64,000 nt of DNA from assembly GCA_051003195.1 (NCBI GenBank), contig JBPCLP010000055.1:1-64000 (forward strand), in the 5' to 3' direction. The translations under genes were made by a program, and so were the position numbers. Numbering within the stretch: the first letter of the stretch is position 1; each line of letters starts with the position of its first letter. This stretch comes from Candidatus Sumerlaeaceae bacterium (GTDB lineage: Bacteria > Sumerlaeota > Sumerlaeia > Sumerlaeales > Sumerlaeaceae). Below are positions 1 through 7,245 of this stretch, one piece after another. The notes beneath the pieces were generated by a model, which was not told where the DNA came from, searched no databases, and worked only from the letters and a program-made list of their open reading frames with translations.

Positions 1-1
1 G

Positions 2-2503
2 GGTCGGGGTGTTTCGGGTAGACCACGACCCGGTGGTCACAAAGGCCGGGGTGGTCCGGGGGGACCACGACTTGGGGGTCATCAGGGCCGGGGTGGTCCG
101 GGCGGACCACGGCCGGGCGGTTATCAAGGCCAGGGTGGTCCAGGCGGACCACGGCCTGGAGGATACCAGGGACAGGGTGGTCCGGGTGGACCACGGCAGG
201 GCGGTTACCAGGGCCAGGGTGGCCCGGGGGGTCCGCGACCAGGCGGGTACCAGGGGCAAGGCGGACCAGGTGGAGCACGTCCAGGATACCAGGGTGGACA
301 GGGTGGACAGCGCGGCCCCGGTGGACCTCCTCGCGGTGATCGACCCTATCCTCCGCGCCAGGATGGTGGCGGTTATGGACGTCGCGATGAAGGTGGAAGA
401 GGTGGGGCGGCGCCGGAGCTTTCGGAAGGTAATCTTCCGCAGATCGGCGTCATGCGACTGGACAAACCAGCCGGGCGTGCTCGCACAGACCGTGATCGGA
501 AGCCACCGGCGACTGCCGATAAGAAACGTGGTAAGGTAGCGCCACGCAAGATTTTTGAACTTGATGAAGATATGACGATGACGGCCCGACCGAAGACGCC
601 GGGCGCGGGTCGCCTGCCGGGTGCGGACACGCGTCCGATGTTTGGGAGCCGTCGGCGCATGGGCAAGCGACCCAAGAGCAGGGGGGATCGTGCACAGCAT
701 ACGGTGCAGGATCAAGGGCCGCGGCAGGTTATTGTAGAAGGACCTGTTACCGTTTCACAATTTGCCGAAAAGCTTGGTATCTCCGCGACGGAAATTATCC
801 GCAAGGTGCTGCTGGACATGGGCGAAGCCCTGACCATGAACGCGCCGCTTACCGAAGAATACATGCAGTTGCTGGCGCCGGAGTTCAACGCAGAACTGGA
901 GATCGTCCCGGTTGGCGACGAGTTTGACGTTGAAGATTATATCGAGCCGGATGACCCGGCAAAGGTGCAGCGCAGGCCACCGGTCGTTACGATTATGGGA
1001 CACGTCGATCATGGTAAGACCAGCCTGCTGGATTATATCCGCAACTCGAAAGTCGTTGAGGGCGAGTTTGGCGGCATCACGCAGCACATAGGCGCGTATC
1101 ACGTGAAAACGGCAAAGGGGAACATCGTGTTCCTCGATACGCCGGGTCACGAAGCGTTTACGTCCATGCGTGCACGCGGCGCAGGCGTTACCGACCTGGT
1201 TATTCTCGTGGTGGCAGCCAATGACGGCTTCAAGCCTCAAACCATCGAAGCTCTTAATCACGCGAAAGCGGCGGAAGTGCCCCTGGTAGTTGCGGTCAAT
1301 AAGATCGACCTTCCCGGAGCAGATCCTGCCAAGGTGCGCCAGGAAGCTCTTCAGCATAACCTGGTGCCTGAAGAATTTGGTGGCGATACGATCTTCGTGG
1401 ATATCAGTGCGAAGCAAGGAACGAACGTCGATCAGCTGCTGGAAATGGTCGCGCTCCAATCTGAAATCCTGGACCTGAAGGCCGATCCGGACCATCGCGC
1501 GGTTGGCACAATCATCGAGTCGCACGTCGACCCGACACGCGGTGCCGTCGCAACGGTGCTTGTGCAGTCGGGTACGTTACGAGCTGGTGACTATTTCGTA
1601 ACGGGTGACATCAGCGGACGCGTTCGCGCCATGGTGAACGACCGTGGAAAGACAATCAAAGAAGCAGGACCTGCCTTCCCTGTGGAGATCATCGGCCTTG
1701 CCGGTTCGCCTCCTGCGGGCGAAACATTTGTAGCGATGCCCGATGAAGCTTCGGCGCGAGAGGTTGCGGATAAACGTGAGATTCGCCGCCGCGCGGCTGG
1801 CCTTGCGCCCACGACGCAAAAGCACATCACGCTTGAGCACCTTCACGAGTATATTGAAGAAGGCAAAACGCAGGACCTCAACCTGGTCCTCAAGGCCGAC
1901 GTACAGGGCTCTATTGAAGCCGTACGCCAGTCGCTGGAGAAGCTGAGCAATCAGCAGATTCGCATCCGTATTCTGCACGCAGCTGTCGGCGGCATCAACG
2001 AAAGCGACGTGCAGCTTGCTGCCGCATCGGATGCCGTGATCATTGGCTTCAATGTGCGCCCCGAAGCTGCCGCCCAGGAGATTGCAACGCGTGAGGGTGT
2101 CGACATCAAGCTGTACCGCATCATCTATGACCTGATCGAGGAAGTTCGGCAGGCCATGACAGGCATGCTCGCTCCGACCTTCCGGGAAAAGGTGCTGGGA
2201 CACGCGGAAGTGCGCCAGCTGTTCAAGGCCTCGCGACTCGGAACGATCGCTGGATCGTATGTTCGCGACGGCGAGATCGTGCGCGACTCAAAAGTTCGTA
2301 TCGTCCGCGACAGTGTCGTCGTTTACGAAGGCCAACTGGGCAGTCTGCGTCGTGTGAAGGAAGACGTGAAGAAGGTCGCGACCGGGGCCGAGTGCGGCAT
2401 CACAATCGAGAACTTCAACGACCTGAAAGAGGGCGACATCGTCGAGAGCTACGAAATGGAACAGATCGCCACGGCGTTGGAGCCTGCCACCGCCAACGCT
2501 TGA
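2..2503 (+). CDS. infB: Translation initiation factor IF-2 (5'-partial; frame open from the window edge)
   Basis: GTPase motifs GHVDHGKT, DTPGHEAF, NKID; C-terminal KADVQGS and ECGI. I translated the same frame from position 2 to the ATG at 452 without a stop; it gives a Gly/Pro/Gln-rich N-terminal region. Confidence 0.98.
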   Translation, partial: GRGVSGRPRPGGHKGRGGPGGPRLGGHQGRGGPGGPRPGGYQGQGGPGGPRPGGYQGQGGPGGPRQGGYQGQGGPGGPRPGGYQGQGGPGGARPGYQGGQGGQRGPGGPPRGDRPYPPRQDGGGYGRRDEGGRGGAAPELSEGNLPQIGVMRLDKPAGRARTDRDRKPPATADKKRGKVAPRKIFELDEDMTMTARPKTPGAGRLPGADTRPMFGSRRRMGKRPKSRGDRAQHTVQDQGPRQVIVEGPVTVSQFAEKLGISATEIIRKVLLDMGEALTMNAPLTEEYMQLLAPEFNAELEIVPVGDEFDVEDYIEPDDPAKVQRRPPVVTIMGHVDHGKTSLLDYIRNSKVVEGEFGGITQHIGAYHVKTAKGNIVFLDTPGHEAFTSMRARGAGVTDLVILVVAANDGFKPQTIEALNHAKAAEVPLVVAVNKIDLPGADPAKVRQEALQHNLVPEEFGGDTIFVDISAKQGTNVDQLLEMVALQSEILDLKADPDHRAVGTIIESHVDPTRGAVATVLVQSGTLRAGDYFVTGDISGRVRAMVNDRGKTIKEAGPAFPVEIIGLAGSPPAGETFVAMPDEASAREVADKREIRRRAAGLAPTTQKHITLEHLHEYIEEGKTQDLNLVLKADVQGSIEAVRQSLEKLSNQQIRIRILHAAVGGINESDVQLAAASDAVIIGFNVRPEAAAQEIATREGVDIKLYRIIYDLIEEVRQAMTGMLAPTFREKVLGHAEVRQLFKASRLGTIAGSYVRDGEIVRDSKVRIVRDSVVVYEGQLGSLRRVKEDVKKVATGAECGITIENFNDLKEGDIVESYEMEQIATALEPATANA
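20..300 (+). repeat. 42-bp (14-aa) coding tandem repeat GPRPGGYQGQGGPG, about 6.5 copies, in the IF2 N-terminus
   Basis: Units start at 20, 62, 104, 146, 188, 230 and 272 (partial). Copies differ mostly at third codon positions. Confidence 0.9.
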
Positions 2504-2537
2504 TCCTGAAGCCCGCACGTTGCGAACATAAAGCAGA

Positions 2538-2569
2538 AAGCCGCAAAGAGTTAAGGCTCTTTGCGGCTT
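2538..2569 (+). terminator. Hairpin after infB (probable terminator)
   Basis: 13-bp perfect stem AAGCCGCAAAGAG / CTCTTTGCGGCTT with a 6-nt loop, between convergent genes. Confidence 0.7.
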
Positions 2570-2721
2570 CACTATTAATGAGTGCGCTCTCGGTTGGCTT
2601 AGTCAATTATCTTCCAGGTATATCGACACGGTACACAAACCCGACAACAGAATGAGCGACGCTGGCTTGCGGCAAAGTTTGAAATCCGGTGAATCGCCCG
2701 CCGACCCGTAAATCACGTTTA

Positions 2722-3195
2722 TCATTGGGAATTATGAATTTGGGTATTTGCAAGATACTCGACGTCACTCACAACTTCGAAACCATTCCTGCGCAGCAGC
2801 GCTGTTGTAACCCCGCACCCCCCGCGCAGCGTGCCGCTAAACGTGCCGTCATAAATCTCGCGCGATGCACATGAAGGACTGCGCTCTTTCAGGATAACCT
2901 GCTCAGCACGAATCATTTGCGCCAGCCGCAGCACCTCGCGTGCGCCGCGCAGGTAGTTCTCGGTTACATCCACGCCCTGCTGGGTGAGCACGCGGGCGCG
3001 CCCATCCAGCACGTCTTCACCTGATCCCCCGATGATTTCAGCGGGCGGACGCGGGGTCGGCAGGCCGCCTAACTGCTCCGGGCACACAGGTAACAACTCT
3101 CCGCGCTCCATCATCTGCTGAAAATCCAGGCCTATATTACTCCCACCACGCCAGGTAGCACAGACACCGATCAAACATGAACCAATGATTTTCAT
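2722..3195 (-). CDS. DUF523 / YbbK family (2-thiouracil desulfurase TudS-like Fe-S protein)
   Basis: Motifs SCL.G..C, PVCPEQLGGLPTPRPPAEI, LKERSPSC, G.GVTTALL. Start placed at ATG 3195. Confidence 0.88.
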   Translation of the reverse strand: MKIIGSCLIGVCATWRGGSNIGLDFQQMMERGELLPVCPEQLGGLPTPRPPAEIIGGSGEDVLDGRARVLTQQGVDVTENYLRGAREVLRLAQMIRAEQVILKERSPSCASREIYDGTFSGTLRGGCGVTTALLRRNGFEVVSDVEYLANTQIHNSQ

Positions 3196-3261
3196 ACGGT
3201 TACCGGTGCAATTTCCACTCCGCAAGAATGGACGGATTTCGTTTGGAGCGCAAACAAACCG

Positions 3262-3291
3262 TTGACACAGTGAGGCAATTAACCATATACG
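3262..3291 (+). promoter_or_regulatory. Possible sigma70 promoter
   Basis: TTGACA-18 bp-TATACG upstream of the gene at 3385, which has a GAAGGAG RBS. Confidence 0.35.
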
Positions 3292-3384
3292 TTAAACCGA
3301 TCTTATATCCTGCTATCCGATGCACGTGCGCATGGAATTCGCAAGGGCAACAAACACTGTTACTTATATGAAGGAGTACCCCCG

Positions 3385-5175
3385 TTGAGACTTCAATCTG
3401 CTGTTTTATTCGTTATACTTGCGCTGAGCTCGAGCCTGGCTCCCGCAGCCACTTTCAGTTCCGGCATTAGTGGTGGAAACGTAGTATCCACTGTTCCGGG
3501 GGATTACGCTTCATTGAAAGATGCTGGCGACGATTTCAGCAATTACACAGGTTCCATCAATGGCAACTGGACGCTAAGCATTACCGGGAACTTGACGGAA
3601 ACACATAACGCGCGGTTTGGCAACAATGTACCTCTCGGGCGCACAGTGACTATCAAGCCGGCGCCGGCCACATTCCCGATAGTCACCTTTACGAGTGAGA
3701 CTCGCAATGGTACAAGCGGCACGATCTGGGATGGCCATATTGTGGTCGGAGTGGCGGCAGCTTCCGGAGCTAACGCGAACGCCACGAGCAACTTTGTCGA
3801 TACCGACAATTTTATTATCGACGGAAGCAACACTGTGTCCGGTGTCTCCAGAGATCTCCGATTTACGAATTCCACCACAACCAGCACTGACGTCCCGCGC
3901 ATCATGGTCCACGTAATCGGCAGATGCGATAACGTGACGGTGAAGAACTGCGTGATCGATAACCAAACCAGTGGCGCAAGCAACGGCATTACGACCGACA
4001 ATATCTGTGTTCAATTCTCTGGCCGCAGAGACGCTTCCACCGTTGTTCATGTCCCCACCAATCCGCGCGTAGAGAACTGCATACTTCGTGCGACCGTAGG
4101 CGATTTGAGCCAGGGCGTTAAAGGTTACAACTTCGGAGGTTCCATTCCTGCGGGGACCGCCGGTGGGGCCATTACTGGCATGGCCGTTACAAAAAACGAC
4201 GTCACCGCGACCCTCCGTGGTATCTTCTACGACGCTAACGCGGGCGGCGAAATCAGTGACAATAAGGTTCATATGGCAGTAACTACACTTCCTTCAACTC
4301 AGCGTCCCGTGGCAATCCAACACACGGGCAGCGTTGGCGTCAGCGGAGGGTGGACGATGAACATCCTTCGCAATACGGTTGATCAGTTAAAAACCAATGC
4401 CTCACAGGGTATCCTGTTTGCTGTCGGCATTGGCGGCGGTTTGACCGGCACCAACACGGGCGTAACAAACGTGCTCAACAACATGATTGCCGGCTTTGAC
4501 TATCAAGTTCAACAAACGGCAGTGCCGCCGGTTTCCAGCGGGTTTCTGATGCGTGCAATTTCTGTGGAAAACGGTGCAGTAGCGGGCGCGACGATTAATA
4601 TCGATCATAACTCCATCAACATGCTGAACCAGCCAGGGCCGCAGCCTCAGAGCCTGGCGACTCCTGGCGATCCGGGCAACCGCCTGAGCGTCATTTCGCT
4701 GCTTAACGCCACCGGATACGCCGGAACGTTAAACATCCGGAATAACATTATCCGGGTCACGCAGCAATACGCTGCAATACTGTCCGGCCCGACTGGGGCC
4801 GCCACCATTAACTTCGCGAACCTCAACCTTTCGAACAATACCTATTTCTACGGCGGCACCAACACCGTTATGGCAAAGTTCAATGGGACAACATACAACA
4901 CGTTAGCTGACTGGCAGGCAGCAGGTGAAGATACCGTGGGTAGTAACACCGCCGATCCATTGTCTGGTGCGCCTGGCAGCGGGCGTTGGTACCACGATAT
5001 CAACCTGCATTTTGACGCGGAACCGGCAGCCATCTATGCCGCTCCAGTTCTTGCAGGCGCAGGCAATGATGTGGACAATCAGGTACGGCCGAATCCTGCC
5101 TCTGCTCAGATCGAGCGCGGTGCAGATGAGTTCTATGCCCCCATATCAGCCATTCGGGAATGGATGCTCTTTTAA
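3385..5175 (+). CDS. Secreted right-handed beta-helix (pectin-lyase-fold-like) protein with C-terminal SAIREWMLF tail
   Basis: Sec signal peptide; Asn/Gly/Thr-rich; periodic V.NC.I, I..N.V and I.NNI repeats; ends GADEF followed by the tail. Confidence 0.7.
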   Translation: MRLQSAVLFVILALSSSLAPAATFSSGISGGNVVSTVPGDYASLKDAGDDFSNYTGSINGNWTLSITGNLTETHNARFGNNVPLGRTVTIKPAPATFPIVTFTSETRNGTSGTIWDGHIVVGVAAASGANANATSNFVDTDNFIIDGSNTVSGVSRDLRFTNSTTTSTDVPRIMVHVIGRCDNVTVKNCVIDNQTSGASNGITTDNICVQFSGRRDASTVVHVPTNPRVENCILRATVGDLSQGVKGYNFGGSIPAGTAGGAITGMAVTKNDVTATLRGIFYDANAGGEISDNKVHMAVTTLPSTQRPVAIQHTGSVGVSGGWTMNILRNTVDQLKTNASQGILFAVGIGGGLTGTNTGVTNVLNNMIAGFDYQVQQTAVPPVSSGFLMRAISVENGAVAGATINIDHNSINMLNQPGPQPQSLATPGDPGNRLSVISLLNATGYAGTLNIRNNIIRVTQQYAAILSGPTGAATINFANLNLSNNTYFYGGTNTVMAKFNGTTYNTLADWQAAGEDTVGSNTADPLSGAPGSGRWYHDINLHFDAEPAAIYAAPVLAGAGNDVDNQVRPNPASAQIERGADEFYAPISAIREWMLF

Positions 5176-5225
5176 TTAGCCAGCCTGAACAGTCCAGGCA
5201 ACCACAGTAGCATATATAATCATTG

Positions 5226-5257
5226 GCGGACAGGCGCTTAGCGCCTGTCCGCTTTTT
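5226..5257 (+). terminator. Rho-independent terminator
   Basis: GCGGACAGGCGC-tta-GCGCCTGTCCGC followed by TTTTT. Confidence 0.85.
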
Positions 5258-5312
5258 CGCGTATAGGGCGGCTGGGTAGCCTTCCACAACCGCCGGTTTT
5301 CGTCGGCCAGGT

Positions 5313-7190
5313 CTATTTTCGGGTCGTGAGTTCTTCCAGCATCTGCCGTGCTTCATTGTCCGCCGGGTTGAGGCGTAGGGATTCGCTGAATTGCTCGGCG
5401 GCTTCGCGTTTCCTGCCGAGATCCAGCAATACCGCACCAAGATTGTAACGTGCGGTCGCATGGTTGGGATCGAGCTTGAGGACTCGGTTGTATTCGTCCA
5501 CAGCCTGTTCGCGTTGGCCGTCGTTTACCAGAAGCACCGCGAGTGCAATGCGGGCGGGCACGAAACGCGGGTTGGTTTCCAGAGCGCGCTTGTAGTACCC
5601 ACGCGCAGAATCCCGCTGGCCGAGTCTTTCCAGCGCCTTTCCAAGATTATAATGTGCCTCGAAGTAGCGCGGCTCAATGCGAATTGCTTCATGGTAGTGC
5701 TGGATCGCTTCCGGCAGCCTGCCTTGGCGGTACAGATTCACGCCCGCGTTGTAGTGCGCGAAATCGTCATCCGGATCGTGTGCAATGGCGGCGCGGTAAT
5801 GCTTCAGTCCCTCCTCGAATTTGCCTTCAGCCGTAAGCAGATTGCCCAGGTTGTCATGCGCGATATCTGCCGCGGGGTTTTTTGCAAGCGTGTCGCGCCA
5901 CAGTAGCTCAGCGGACGAGAGCACGTGAGCACGCTGCCAGGTTAATGCTCCCAGCACGCACGCCAGAATTGCCCCACCAACCAGCCGCACCCAGCGTGGT
6001 TTGATCAAAGGTTTTGCCTGGTTCGTGCCCACGACGAGCGCAGCGAAAAGTACAATCCAGCCGAGGCTTGCAAGGTACTGAAAATGATCCGCAACAAACG
6101 AGTAGCGCATGGGGTAAACGTTAAAAAATCCCAGGGCTGGAAACAGCGTGCCGGCTGCAAAGAGAACTGCGGTCGCCGACCCGCGGCCGATCCTGCGTGC
6201 CAGCAGCACTAAGCCGATAAGCAATGCCACAAACCCGAGCGGGAATAGCCACTGCAGCAACGATCCGCTATCCAACTGCCACTTGGGATAGAAAAACATA
6301 AGTGATGCGGGCCAGATCAACTTGCCGGGGTAGAACCACAGCGCCCGTCCTGCAATGAGGATGCGCTCGGGGAATGTGAACGCCCACTCCTTTCCGTGTG
6401 CACCAACATGGTTTCTCTCCAGCCAGATAGTAACCAGCGCCAGCGCGAACCCGATCACAAAGAATGGCGCCGTCAGGCGGACATGCCGTGCGAAAATACG
6501 CCCGTGTTTCCACCACGCGATGAGCAGCACCACTGCCGGCAACGTACAAGTAACCGTTTTGCTAAGGAGCGCGGCAACAAAACAGAGGATGGCGATGCCG
6601 TACCAACTACGGAATCTGCGACCCTCGGCCATACGATCGGGAAGTGCAGCGATATCCGGCACCGCTTTCAAAAACGCACCGATCGACAGAAGGTAGAAAA
6701 ACCCTGAAAGCACATTCTTGCGTTCAGTAATCCAGGCCACGGATTCTGCATGTACGGGATGCAGTGCAAAGATGAAAGCGGCAAGCAACGCACCTGGTAT
6801 TGCAAGGCGTGACAGCAGCCGCCATACGAGCAGTGCATTCACCGAATGCAGCACCACGTTTACTGCATGAAAACCTGCTGCCCACAACCCCCAAAGGTGA
6901 TACTCGATCCAGAAGCTGGTGTGCACGAACGGATAGTATTGATGCGTCGCACCTGGCTTGGCCCAAATCTGCCACAACCCGCCAAGGCTTCGCAATGTCA
7001 GGTTCTCAGTGACGTAATCATCGTCATCCCAGATGAAGCCGCCGTGTGCAATCACTGGGTAATATGCGAGAAACGTAAGTAGAATAAGCCCGAATGGCGG
7101 CAGCCACCGCTGCTTCCAATCCATGGCTGTCTCGCGGGTGGCAGCTACGGTTGCGGTTTTACGAATCCGCCGTGATTTTGCGCGAGGCAT
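5313..7190 (-). CDS. TMTC-like membrane glycosyltransferase (GT-C fold) with C-terminal TPR repeats
   Basis: WDDDDYV acidic loop after TM1; FALHPVHAESVAWITERK; ALLSK; about 10 hydrophobic segments; LWRDTLAKNP followed by TPR repeats (AHYNLG.AL). Confidence 0.8.
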   Translation of the reverse strand: MPRAKSRRIRKTATVAATRETAMDWKQRWLPPFGLILLTFLAYYPVIAHGGFIWDDDDYVTENLTLRSLGGLWQIWAKPGATHQYYPFVHTSFWIEYHLWGLWAAGFHAVNVVLHSVNALLVWRLLSRLAIPGALLAAFIFALHPVHAESVAWITERKNVLSGFFYLLSIGAFLKAVPDIAALPDRMAEGRRFRSWYGIAILCFVAALLSKTVTCTLPAVVLLIAWWKHGRIFARHVRLTAPFFVIGFALALVTIWLERNHVGAHGKEWAFTFPERILIAGRALWFYPGKLIWPASLMFFYPKWQLDSGSLLQWLFPLGFVALLIGLVLLARRIGRGSATAVLFAAGTLFPALGFFNVYPMRYSFVADHFQYLASLGWIVLFAALVVGTNQAKPLIKPRWVRLVGGAILACVLGALTWQRAHVLSSAELLWRDTLAKNPAADIAHDNLGNLLTAEGKFEEGLKHYRAAIAHDPDDDFAHYNAGVNLYRQGRLPEAIQHYHEAIRIEPRYFEAHYNLGKALERLGQRDSARGYYKRALETNPRFVPARIALAVLLVNDGQREQAVDEYNRVLKLDPNHATARYNLGAVLLDLGRKREAAEQFSESLRLNPADNEARQMLEELTTRK

Positions 7191-7245
7191 GGCGAACCTG
7201 CCTTCGCCATGTGGCGCTCAGGCTCAAGACCAATTACGCCCGCGG

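Noticed and set aside
20..300. Possible CRISPR array
   Set aside because: The 42-bp units are contiguous with no unique spacers, vary at wobble positions and are protein-coding; no cas genes are present.
9..539. 176-aa Val/Arg-rich ORF with repeats
   Set aside because: Alternate-frame shadow of the IF2 repeat region; the infB frame is open from position 2.
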